Source: Diadema antillarum
Taxonomy: Eukaryota
Assembly: GCF_040938485.1 (NCBI RefSeq)
Contig: NW_027271164.1
Coordinates: 310,001-374,000, forward strand
DNA length: 64,000 nt
Direction of reading: 5' to 3'
Shown one piece after another: positions 11,949 through 25,000 of the stretch. A model generated the notes under the pieces. That model ran no database searches. It was not told where the DNA came from and saw only the letters and a program-made list of their open reading frames with translations. The position numbers and the translations under genes are program-made. Numbering within the stretch: the first letter of the stretch is position 1; each line of letters begins with the position of its first letter.

Positions 11949-13402
11949 CTCTTCTTTTCTCACCCTGACCCAAACATTTTAATAAGAACAGTCAATGAAG
12001 AACTGAAAAAGGTTATACAATGGATATACGCAAATAAATTGTCATTAAATATTAAAAAAACAAAAGTTATGCTTTTTAGTAATTCTTTAAATAGCCTCCC
12101 AGGCAATATAACATTTGATACTACTCCTTTAGAAGAAGTTTCTTCCTTTAAATTTCTTGGTGTTTGTGTCGATAACAAGCTTTCATGGAGGAATCATATT
12201 GATAACATATGTAAAATTATATCACGTAACATTGGTGTAATGAATAGATTAAAATATTATCTTCCTTCATCTGCATTATTAACTCTTTATTCTAGTTTGA
12301 TACTACCTTATTTAAACTACGGGATTCTTGCTTGGGGTAATACATGTCAGATGTTACTTGATAAACTTCTTTTACTGCAAAAGAAAGCGCTTAGAATTGT
12401 TTTTAATTTACATACCCGAGAACATACAGATGCTTTGTTTTCTGACCATAAAATATTAAAAGTAAATGATTTGTATGTGTTTCAACTTGGCCAGTTTATG
12501 TTTAATTACAACAGTAACTTTTTACCTAAAATATTCCATGATTCATTTCATCGAAATAGTCATGTTCATAACTATCCCACGCGACGATCCGACGAATTTC
12601 ATCTTCCATTAATGAGAACCGCACATGCCCAAAATACATTTCTTTATACCGGACCCAGACTTTGGAATAATTTAGATAATAGTTTAAAAGATTCCCCCAA
12701 ATTTGTTACATTTAAATACAAACTCAGAAAATATTTACTTTCTACTTATAATCTTAGATAATTTAAATTGTTTTGATTTATGCTTGAGCCTTCACTTGTC
12801 CTGATGTCGCAGCACTTGGCGTGTTCTGTGTGCAGACTTCTCTTCTTCCTTCTCTCCTCTTCCTTTCCTGTCTCTTGTTCTTCGTAGACTTGTATTGTTA
12901 CCGTCTTCTCTCCTCTCGGTACTGTCTCGCGTCTTACAGTGTATACGTGTGGGTAATTGAATGTGTGTACGAACGTGTTGTCCTTGTCATATTTTCCCGG
13001 TACACGTGGTTCAGTGAGCAGTGTCCGGGCACTAGCATTGGTATTCTATATTTTTTCCCAACCGGTGTATCTCAAAATAATTACATGTATATTGTTATAG
13101 AATAGTATATAAATTACTCATTATTTGTCTAGCGATCCACGTCCGACAAGCTATGCTTTTTAGTGGATCACTATTTTCCATAATCGAATTTATTTTCCGC
13201 TCGCCCACGAAGTATTTATACAGTGTTTTCCTAAATATTGTACATGTTATAATTATGTTGTTCTATAATATGTCTCGTATATATATTACATAAATCTTAT
13301 GCAAACGTTTGAACAATATTTCATCACATGTATACTTTGTACTATGTTTTTTGATTTTCGATGATTGGAAATAAACTATGATTGATTGATTGATTGATTG
13401 AT
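11949..13402 (+). mobile_element. 5'-truncated non-LTR retrotransposon (L2/CR1 group): end of ORF2 RT, 3' UTR and (ATTG)n tail
   Basis: Open frame 11949-12761 (LFFSHPD...WIYANKLSLNIKKTKVM...FKFLGVCVDNKLSW...LILPYLNYGILAWG...GPRLWNNL), typical of the post-YADD RT C-terminus. 3' UTR stem-loop at 13130-13173, AATAAA at 13370, (ATTG)5 tail. Confidence 0.9.
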
Positions 13403-14499
13403 AAGTTTTCCTATCTCAAAAAGGCACCTAGTATCGCGCGCCTGCTGGGCTCTCCCACTTGCACCAGCACTCACCTCACTCACCTCATTCCCTGTATCTC
13501 ATAGTGTCTATACAATTTTTGTTGTCGTAATGTGATGCCAGAATGTCACTTTTTTTCTTTTTCTTTTCTTTTCGATAAGTATACAAGATGTATGTTTTGC
13601 CCATTTTCCTTTTTTAGATTCTCTTTCAAGGCTGTCGTATCTTCAAGCTATATGCCTATTTGACGACAGTCTTCTGCATTCATACTCCCAATACATGTGC
13701 CATAATTTACTCAGATCATTTGATTCACTTTATCCCGAGTGGTTCCCAGTTGACGTGTTCTCTTATTCTTTTCTTCAATCTGTACACGTATATCTCAGTT
13801 TTATATTCGGATGTACTCACTGTATGTTATATTGTCTTGTAAACAAAAAGAAATGACAGTATTTCATTTGTAATAAATATTCGATGCAGAAAATTACTAA
13901 TAAATTCATTTGAATTGAAAAAAAAAGTCGAAGCAGGACAGAGATTCAACTCATTGTACCTAATGGAATGCATGCAAACACACTTCATACGGTTTTTGTT
14001 TTACTATAACATCGTAAAACTGATAATATTGTTGCTTTTTCGATAACCCCAATAGGGTGACATCATACAGACTCCATGAGTTCTTGGGTAAAGCATCATT
14101 CTGATTTGCACAATTTTAGCACTAGATATAGTGAGATAAAATAAAGCTTATTGCTATAATACTCTAAGTTCGAAGTGACCATGCAAGCCTGAAAGATGTT
14201 TCTTCTTCTTCTTCTTCTTCCTCCTCCTCTTCTTCTTCTTCTTCGTGATAGGCGTAGAGGGCTTCCGTCTGTGTCTGTCTGTGTCTAATGTTTTCACCAA
14301 GTTATTGTTAACTTTATGTGGTGATGTGTTCGAGTATATCATATATGATCATTACCTTATCGTGTGTGTGTGGGGGGTGTGAGAGTGTGTGTATGTGTGT
14401 TTGTCTTCCCATTTAGTATGCATTTGCAAATGGGCATTGCTTCTTTTCTTATATGAAATCAATCCATAGTCGACATACTTAATTTATTCTGACCAGGAG

Positions 14500-14718
14500 T
14501 TTGAATTGTATATGCTATTTTTGTCGCTTAGGAAGCAATTGCATGCTATTAAGCTAGCAACCATCCAACTGGTTGCTCTAATCTTCTGAAGGACTATTCA
14601 TACAGGCAACGAGGATAATTTACCTTACCTAGGGGAACAATCGCTGCTACTAGTGGATTCTTACCAAGGGCTTCAAGATTGAAAGTCCATGTTCTTAACC
14701 ATTCATCAGCCACATTGC
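14500..14718 (-). mobile_element. Degenerate tRNA-derived SINE
   Basis: Minus strand GTGGCTGATGAATGGTTAAG...GGTAAGAATCC (eroded A/B boxes), then a GTTCCCCTAGGTAAGG...CCTCGTTGCC core and a TAAGCG-type 3' end. Confidence 0.45.
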
Positions 14719-14865
14719 ATCTTCACTGATGTATGCTTATAGAATATAGAAATATACAATACAAAGGGTTTTCATACGACACTGACTTGACTGAATTCTG
14801 TACACTTAAGTTCGTTTAGTCCGGTCCTGTCATTTTGGTGTTATTTGATTATCATATCTCACCAG

Positions 14866-15029
14866 GCTTTCCAGACTGTGAAGTCGTCTGCCACTTTCTC
14901 GCTGAAGCTGGTGAGCTACTCCAATCTTGCAAATCGGGAACTAGACGGCGACTGCTGTGACACAGTGTGGTTGTGTAGAATTGACAAGTGCGACCCCAGA
15001 TTTAACATCTGCCTTCATCGTCAGGGCAG
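14866..15029 (+). CDS. Gene 1 exon: C2/MNNL domain part 1
   Basis: caccag|GCT...GGCAG|gtaaga; [54 protein letters not shown]. The F.LKL..Y.N...DG.CCD..C..F.ICL pattern matches the N-terminus of DSL ligands. The 5' boundary could instead be 14811, 14820 or 14875. Confidence 0.85.
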
Positions 15030-16009
15030 GTAAGAGTAAACATGGGTACAACAGAAGAGCGTCTTCAAATTCGGTTTCTAAAGTAACACAGTTCCATGAC
15101 TGACTAGCGATGATTCCCGACCAGGGCTTTCTTTGTTTTCATTTCCCACTGAATTCAGTTTAAGAATGTCTTGTCTCAAAGTTTTAGCGCAGGCATTTAG
15201 TGCTATGATTTGCTTATTATGTTATGTATCAGAGAGTATGCATTGTACTGCTGATATTTTCCTGCTTGCAAGCTGTAGTTTCAGTTTAACGACGTGATTG
15301 TCCAGCTGCATAGAATGTGCCTTTCCCATTTATCATTGTTTTGCTTTTGCTTTTCTTGAAGCAAGTATTTCTCCTGCTTTCAACGCATTAGAAACCGGCG
15401 TGCTGGAATAACCTTAAAAACTGCGCAGAAGCAAAGAAGCGTACAGAAAACAACAACTATTTTGTAGAGTCATGATTTGAGCGATCGCCGTTGCCATTGT
15501 CCCTGTTCTTCCAAATTGATTATCAGTAATCATGTACTCCTCAAAAAGTTTGAAGCAGTGCCACCTTGTCTCAGTAATAATGGAGACATGCTTTGGTAAC
15601 CACAGGAAGATTGTTAAAATCTTTGTAAAATTATATCCTGTCCGTTATGATTATATATGGCTTACATGAAGATGAAGTGCTTTAGATTTTGGGGTGTGGT
15701 CAAAATTGAAAAGTTGCAACAATGACCCAAGCTTGGTAAGTCCTCATTTTTCCCTCGTTGATGAGTGAGTTTTCCAATGTCTCTTTAATAATTGTTATGC
15801 ATTCTAACATCGGCGTTGAGGTAGAAACGTGTGCATAAGTAAACAAATAAACATGCATGTATGGGCATTAAAAAACAGGACTTCAGCCATCTAATGTAAC
15901 AGAACCGTCACCACATTAACACACCAAATCCGTAAACAAATTACTGGCAGGGTCTTGATTTGCTTGGATTTTCATTGTTACTGTCACAGGGATAGATATA
16001 GATTATATA

Positions 16010-16057
<48 letters not shown>

Positions 16058-19000
16058 ATGAACAGATAACAGATAACAGGTGTACCATTGAATCAATGAA
16101 TCACATCCTATGTTATGGATCGTCACCGTTTATATTTTGGCGGCTTTCTCTCTCGCAGTTCTAACAGCATGACGGCATGTGACCACGGTCGTATCACTAC
16201 TGGTTTGGTGCAGGACAACGGACAGTCCTTCTCCTTCCCCGCTGTACTACCCACCAATATTGCAAATCCCATTCGGCGACAGCTACAGAGATGGCAGGTA
16301 GGCCGATGCTTTTCACAGTCCCAGTATTATAGTGGATAATTTTAGTCCAGCGGAAGAATGGTGTATACTAAGTGACACGTCATTTGCTCCTGCGAAAATA
16401 GTGCTTGCCCCGGTCTTGTTTTCTCCAAGAACTTACGTTTAGGGTTACGATTGCGATAGGGTTTTAGGTTTTGTTTGATGTGAGGATTAGGAATAGGGTT
16501 AGGGTTATGTTTGGAGGTAGGTTTCATGTTTGGCTTAACGTGCAGATATTTCATTGGAGCAATCGAATGGGAACAAAATGACAAGGAACCGGTATGTACA
16601 TGTATTGGGTAAGGTTCACGGTTCAGTCCTGCCAAGAGCGGACATCTTTCGACACAATGATGCACCCCCTGTGTCCCTCATTACCCATTTGTGCTGTCTG
16701 TGACATTGACAAGGCCATCTGGTAGAAATTAATAAAGTAAATATTCTTCAAAAGCCAAGAATGTTCATGAATCTGTATTCGCAATACTTACCTATGTGAT
16801 GTATATATAACCTATACTGACTGCATGATACGATAGATCATAGATTGTCACGTGTTCTCTTAAAGTAATCACATCTTGTTTCCTATAGGGTGGTATAAGA
16901 GTGAAAATCGAGATTTGGGACGTGGACCCGAACGCAGACGACAAGATCGATTTCTACGCTGCAAACTTGAGAATGGCGCCCGCACGCGATGAGGCGAGCG
17001 CGGTTCCCATCCGCACCACGCTGTCCAGTACCAGAGGATACTCTGCGTGAGTTCTTGCTTTCGATTCCTCTGATTTACAATCTTTAATACAGGGCTTCGT
17101 AAAGACAGAAAACAAATTTCAAGTCGGTATGAGACCGGATGACATCTCCACATAAAATCCATCTTACACATTTTCATATCTCACCTTCAATTTTCTGTTC
17201 CCTTTTGTACATCAACATGTCTACGCTTATTCGCTGCATTTCAGTTCTATTTGTTTTTCATCTTTTTGCACTTCGTTTTCTGACGAATGCAATTGCAGCT
17301 GAATCTAAGATAATACATTGTAGTTTCACTCTTGATATGATTCTCACGTTGTTGTTTTCGTCAGTGAGTTATAGATGCTATTCTTGGTCATCTCTCTCCA
17401 TTGGCCAGAATGACACGACATGTCTTGTTATGGCACGTGCTTCTTTTGTTTTCTCCACCGCAGAACCATCATTGAGACCAAAGTGTTTTGCAATCCACAC
17501 TACTACGGCAGTGACTGCACCCGATTCTGCAGGCCGAATAACGGGCCGGGTGGACATTATTCCTGCAGCCCTCTAGGACGAAAGATATGTCACGCAGGCT
17601 ACACGGGACTCAACTGTGATGTGGTAAACACGCACATCAAATAAACTTTAAGCCCGCTGCACACTATACGACTCACGACTATACGAATGACAGACTTTGG
17701 ATCCGAAATAAATCACGTAGTCTCAGAATAAACGCGCCTATTTATTTCAGATCCAAATCTGTCTGTCGTATAGCCATGGGTCGTAGTGTGCGATGGGCTT
17801 TACAATGAGGGTGTCGCCGAATCGGATCGCAATCCAAACAAAGCATACCAAGAAAGAAAGAAGAAAGAAAAGAGAGATTTGCAGAAACTTGTTGGTGATC
17901 CTAGGAGAAATTTTCACGTTAGTCCCTAACAATCATCATGAACATGCAGTACTGCATTCAATTCGTGGTTCAAATCATATTCGCAGATTCGAGCAGTGAC
18001 TGGTAATTGCAGCTTCTCCTTTGAAGGCAATGGCAAGCACGCCACGAGACTATTAAGACAATGCAAAGATATATGGATTACTTTTAAACCTCATGGCTTA
18101 ATCCCTGTGCCTGTATAGTGAGAAGTAAAAATATCAATTGCCATCTTAAAAACGAACTTTAAAAAAACCAAACAAACTTAGAAAGCCATGCTTACAATTT
18201 CTGTTGCCTTTAGAGATGAAAGTAATGATAATGGTGATGATGATGATGATGATGATTACATTAGTTATAGAGAGATGATCATGTTGATGCAGGAGTGTAA
18301 ACTCTGACTGCAATCTTGCTTTTTAAAAGGTGCAAAATTAATAAATCCTTGCTTCGAGTTGCTTTATTGCAACTTATTGACAAATTGCCCTTTATGGACG
18401 AAAATTTGTTATCATGACCACTACTCTGACACTAACTAACCGTGGCTTATTTACATCGATGAAGGGTAATTTGTCAATCAGTTGCAATAACAACTGTTAT
18501 GATTGTTTTCAACGTCCTGCATGTCACCCTACCCCTCCCAAACCTATCTACTGTCCTACATAGCTGAAAAGATTTCAGACAAAGATGTAAACATTTCCCA
18601 TTCACAACTCTTCCATGATCTACTGCTGTTAAATATCAGGACTACGTGGCACCGGCAAATCAGTGCAGTAGCTGTGTCTATGTAACGTTAAAGTTTCCAA
18701 AACGACCGAAGCCGAATAGCCATATCTTTCACTTACGCAATTATTAAAGGAAAGATACAACAACAGCTGGTGAGAGGTAATATAAGATCACTCTGGTCTA
18801 TATGGTAATGGCAAGCACCTTTTCAGGTATAGCGTTACAAATGATTACTAGTACATCCCACTCACATGTTGCTTGATATATGACCCAAACACTGAAGACG
18901 TGAAGTATCATATCCCCTAACTTTGCGCGTGGAGACCAACATAAGATCACGCGATGTATTGTAAACTCTTTATCACCCTAAGAAGTCTGTGACTGGGTAA

Positions 19001-22000
19001 ATGTACTTTCGTTTATCTGGGTCACCGTTATCGCCAGAGTTCCACATTCATGCCTACTTTTGTTAGTCGAAAATAAATGGCATCAGGTGACGAGACCGGT
19101 ATAGGGCAAACCACCTACTTAATCTATGGAGTTAATCGAAGCTCGTTCGTCTGTTTTGATGCCAGCAGTGTTTCGTGACAACAAAAACAGGCATTGTTCA
19201 AATAGTGAAATGCTCATGAATGTAAAGAAAATGAAATTTGATTCATCAATCAAAGTCTGATTTCTCTTTCGGGAAAATCCTTTTCATCGATTAAAAAAAA
19301 GACTTTACTTCAAACGGTGATATTTTGTAACACCTTCATGTAGCTTTGCAGGAAGAGTTGGGAATATTTCAGCGGCTTACAGCATGGTTCAATTTCTCAT
19401 TTCTAGACTAGGGAAACACAAGACCCAAGCGTAAATGTATTACACAGAAAACTGGTTGTTAAGAATTGTAGGATGGGGAGGTACCATTGCTTCGGGGTTT
19501 TTTTTTCCTTATAGATGTATCAAGATATTCATGGACGCTTATAAGACTTGCGCTAGAACGAATGTACTGGTTTCGTAGATAACTTGGGAGCTGAAGAGAC
19601 ACATTCATAACTCCAAAGGGTGTTTTCTAAGACAACATAATGTCATAAAGAGACACAAAAGTATAAAAACGGGCTGCTGCAATTTATCTTGTTTTTTTTT
19701 TGGGGGGGGGGGGGGCAAATCGTTGACGAAGAGGGGGCTTTGTACAGGTGGATGGTTTGTGTTTGCTGCTGAATCATCGGTTTTTTTTTTTGTATACATA
19801 CAAATCTTTTTGTAAATGAACGTAAGTTGTGTGACCATTATGTCTTAGGACGACAGTGGAGTTAGAATCAAGACTGTTGTTTCCAATTACTGTCGTCAGC
19901 ATGTGCTTTACCATCTTGCTAACACTTCGATACTCTCCTTAAAACATGGGAAAGGGAGAGATCATAATGAACAAAGCGTCATTTCTTAATCCGTGCTACC
20001 GATATATGGAAATTTTAGTGTCAGAAACTTTACGTAAAATGATGTATGATGTCGTTTGATGAAATAGTTTGAAGATATTCATTGAGTCAGAAATCAATAA
20101 TGGCTGTTTTGATTTGTTGTCTGTGTTTCTGTGTCAGGAAATTAATGAGTGCGCATCAGGACCTTGCCAAAATGGAGGATCTTGTTCTGACATCATCAAT
20201 GGATACACATGTGAATGCGTGCAGGGAATACAAGGTAAATATCTCGTCTCATATCAATGTACAACACGTAATCAAAAACGAGTTCTTAAAGACATGGAGT
20301 CATGGGGATTTGTGCAATGGGGAGGCTGGCCTGATTCGGATATATTCGAGAATACCCGTAGCGAATTGTGTGTAGCGTTATCACTGATATCTATGTAAGT
20401 ACACACACAGCCGAAGAATCTCGACTGTAGTCGAACGTTACCGATGTGCGTACGCTTCGATTCACATATTCGCTGACGGGCAAGCAAGCTGCGTTATTTG
20501 TAGTTTGAAAGTGTGCGTATTTAAGCAGCAATGAAGATCTATTGAATTGGACCACCTTCTCTCTCCACGCTTCCGGGCCTTTAAATTCTTGTCTGCTTTG
20601 TCCTCCATGTTTAGAAGGGGTAACGGCGAAACTTTATGTGCAATATTCGTCACGAAACAGTCACTACGAGCAAATGTAAGAAATATATTTTTGAATTCTT
20701 TTTAAAGGAATGAGTGATTAAATGGGTATGTTCTGTATCAATAGTTTCGAGAAGTCTCAGCTAATCAGATGAATGACAAATATACATGTTCGATCTCTTG
20801 TGCTGAAGAGTGATCATGGAATGACCCAAATTAGTGTTTGATTGTCCACAAAATCGAACGCATAGAGTAGTATGATGCGAATGACTATTCGGCAAATGAA
20901 TGTTGATTTTACCCTAGTGTTGTATCATATTTCTCTTTTATACACTGTGAATTTGTTTCAGGTCTAAATTGTGAAATCAACATAGATGAGTGCGCGCCCT
21001 CACCGTGTCAGAACTCTGGATCATGCACAGATCTGATTGGAAACTACTCATGTTCTTGTCTTGCTGGCTTTGAGGGGACAAATTGCGAAGTCAACGTCGA
21101 TGAATGCGGTAGCGACCCTTGTGTTAATGGAGCGACCTGCCTTGATGCCATCGACGGCTTCACCTGTGTGTGCGTTGATGGGTTTGAGGGTGCTCTCTGT
21201 GAGGTGAACAGGGACGAGTGCCTCAGCAACCCGTGCACGGCTAATCATACTTGTATTGACGGCGTGAATGGTTATCAGTGTGAATGTTCAGCAGGCTTTG
21301 AGGGTGTTCACTGCGAGCTAGAGATCAACGAATGCAGCAGCCGACCTTGCTTGCATGATGGCGTCTGCACCAGCCTGATCGGCAGCTTTGTTTGCAGTTG
21401 CCAGGATGGTTATAACGGAACTCTTTGCGAAGTGAATGTAGATGAGTGTGAGAGCGGCCCGTGTTTAAACAATGGAACCTGCTCCGATCTCGTGAACGCG
21501 TACAACTGTAGCTGCCAGCCTGGTTTCTCGGGACCAGATTGTGAAACAAATATCGACGAATGCCAGAGCAGTCCCTGCAACAATGACCACACGTGCGTTG
21601 ACGGCATTAATGGTTATGTCTGCCTGTGCTCCTCTGGCTTTACGGGAATACACTGTGAAGTGAATGTGAACGAGTGTCAGAGTGCACCATGCTTCAACAA
21701 CGCCACCTGTGTAGACGGCATCAATGGCTTTATTTGCGAATGTTCTCCTGGATTCGAAGGTACCCTGTGTAACACTGATATCAATGAATGCGTGAGCAAC
21801 CCTTGCCAAAATGGACACACATGCGTGGACGCTGTTAATGGCTATCATTGCCCCTGTAGGCCGGGATACTCCGGAGCCCACTGTGAAGTTAATATTGACG
21901 ATTGTTCGCCTGAACCATGTCTTAATGGAGGAACCTGTGAGGATCTCGTCAATGGATTTTCTTGTCACTGTAGGGTAGGATTTGAAGGCCCCCTGTGCCA

Positions 22001-25000
22001 AGTCAACATCGACGAGTGTCACAGTGATCCCTGTATGAACAACGGGATTTGCCAGGATCAAATCGCGGCATACCTGTGTCTGTGTCCTGACGGTTTCCAA
22101 GGTGAACGATGCCAATCAGAGATCAACGAATGCGAGAGTCAGCCCTGCTTGAATGGCGCCACTTGCATAGATAGAATTAATGGCTATGATTGCGCCTGCC
22201 CGTATGGTTTTACTGGATCTGTCTGTGAAATCAATGTTGATGAATGCCATAGTGCGCCATGTTTGAATAACGGAACTTGTCAAGATGGTATTGCTCAGTT
22301 CACATGCAGGTGCCAGCTGGGTTTTGATGGTGACTTGTGTGAACAGAACATCAACGAGTGTGCGAGCAGACCTTGCCAAAATGACGGCAGTTGTACCGAC
22401 GGTGTGAACGGATTCCGTTGCGACTGTGATCCAGGATTTGACGGAGAGGTCTGCCAAAACAACATTAACGAATGCGGTAGCAATCCCTGTTTAAATGGGG
22501 CGTATTGCATTGACGAGATCGACGGATACGTCTGCTCATGCGCAAGTGGTTACTATGGGATCCATTGCGAGGTAGACCATGACGAGTGCGCCAGTAAACC
22601 ATGTCTTCATAATGGTACTTGTGTCGATTTCGTAGATGGATTCCGATGTCGCTGCACTCGTGGCTTTGGAGGAATGTATTGTGAGTCTAATCTGGACGAA
22701 TGCAGTAGTTCTCCCTGCTTGAATAATGGTACGTGCCAAGATGGAATTGCGGGTTTCGTATGCATGTGTTCAGCAGGATACGACGGCGACTTCTGCGAAA
22801 ATGACATTGATGACTGCCTGCTAGAGCCGTGTTTCAACAATGCAACGTGTACTGACATGGTCAATGATTATCACTGCGAATGCTCGCCGGGGTACACCGG
22901 TAAGAACTGTTCGATAAATGTAAACGAATGCGCAAGTAATCCCTGTCAGAATGATGCTAAATGTGTAGATGGCATAGACGGATATCTGTGTCTTTGTAGA
23001 CCTGGTTTCGAGGGTATTAAGTGTGAGACTGATACCAATGAATGCGCAGTTTGGCCATGTCAGAATGGAGCCACTTGCCAAGATCTTGTGAATGACTTTA
23101 GGTGCTCTTGCCCCCTTGGTTTTGAGGGAAAATCTTGCGAAGTGAACATCGACGAATGTGCGGGAAATCTTTGTCTGAACATGGCCACGTGCATTGACGG
23201 CACAGCGTCGTTTTCCTGCGTCTGTGCAGATGGGTATTTCGGGAGACGCTGCGAGAATGACGTCAATGAATGTGAGGAAAACCCATGTCCGCCTGAACGT
23301 CCTCATTGTGTCAACCTACCAGGGACCTTTCGATGCACAGAGCTGCCGACCTCCACGCCGATGTCACTATGTGCTGCAGATTTTTGCCAGAATGGGGCTT
23401 CGTGCAGTCAACAGGGTCACGAAGTTAGGTAAACTACTCCCTTGGTATTATCTTATCACAAATTGTTGTTGTTGTGGGAAATCGCCCCCGGGTTATTTTA
23501 AAATTATCATATTACTTCACGATCATCATCATGACAAACCATCATGAAGGAGATGTTGTTAATGAAATCTGTGATTGAAAACCTTTCTTGAAGTAATTTC
23601 ACTCAGGATACATAATAATATTTGTGGACTAATATCGCAATTTCATAACCGAATATCTCACTACAGCACGCTTCAGCAATTCTAAAGGTTCTCTCGAATA
23701 ACTTTCTCGATTGTAGTATCTGCGCCTGTAGCGTAGCCAGTAACAACAAGTTCAAATTGTTCTGATCGAAGTTATAAACTCAATTGTCAGATTTAGCAGA
23801 AATCTTATAAACGTCGTCTTGCAAGTTTTGAAATCTCGAGTTTGTTTGTGGTGTAGATGCACATGTCCAGCAGACTTTACGGGTGCCCGATGTGAAAGCC
23901 CACTCAGAGGGCCCTGCCACCCTTCACCCTGTGTTAATGGTGTCTGCGAGCTGGACACCGCTGGCCCTTCACCGGCAGCACGATGCATCTGTCAAGAAAA
24001 CTTCGTAGGCACCTTGTGTGACGTCGGTGAGTGTTAACTTACATCTGACTGCACACCATATATTAATGTGTCTTCTTTCAACAGTCTTGCAGCTACTTAA
24101 GTAGGCTATAACTCCACAGTTAATTCCACGATAACTCATAATTTATTGTTTGTCACTTTTGTTACCCGGTCGAAGAGTAAAACACAGACTTCAGACGTAT
24201 AGGTAGCAAGATTTGCCGATCAGTGGTAATGGTATAATCGTCTTTATTTTGATGGTAATCCCTATACTAAGCAAAAGGCTAAGTGTATGAGACTATTTTC
24301 CCGTTTCATTGACGTACTAATCTGACTTTTTAAAGGTTAATTTAGTTTTCCTATTCGTTTTTTCAGTCACACACTCACACAAATACATACATACACGCAA
24401 AATTTCTGCCTGTCTGTTTTATACATATCTTCAACCATTTGCCTTCGACATTATCTACAAACCAACAGACCCAAGCAAACACGTTTTCTCTCTGACTCTG
24501 GCTGAGCACACCACTCCCTCGGGTGATCTGGAGTACGAAATCTCTCAGCTTCTGCTATCCACCATGGACATCCGGGACCCGGAGAGTCTGAAGGTGGTCT
24601 TCCAGAAGGCCCAGTACGGCGAGTCTCAGCTCAGCGGGTAAGCCGTTGCATTGAGACTTGGCATAGGGTTTGATTGGAAATCACGTTACAACTCTGCGTA
24701 GTCTCTCCATGTAGTGCTCACACTTTTTTCCCCCACGGCCTTAGCATTATTATCACCACAACACTGATTGGTAATCATGCCTTCATATAGTCAAGGAGGT
24801 CATGGGGAATTTAGCCCAGGAATTGTGCACACGGGGGAGGAAATCTGACCTCTTCTGGTTAAGCGTCAACAGATATTATACTGTACGCACCAGAGGTGAT
24901 CTATGGAAAAAAACAGAAAAACTAACTCCAAATTCAATCAATTAGGTGTACGCTCATGTAAATGTCAACTTAATTATATTCTTACTTTCTATGAACACCT

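Noticed and set aside
20962-23428. Calling the long cbEGF ORF Notch, fibropellin or Crumbs
   Set aside because: It is spliced to C2-DSL exons upstream and to a SEA-like/TM/short tail downstream. No LNR, ankyrin, CUB, avidin or laminin-G sequence is present.
21044-23547. Numerous minus-strand and off-frame ORFs over the EGF exons (also 52035-52937)
   Set aside because: These are shadows of the coding frame, with no independent protein features.
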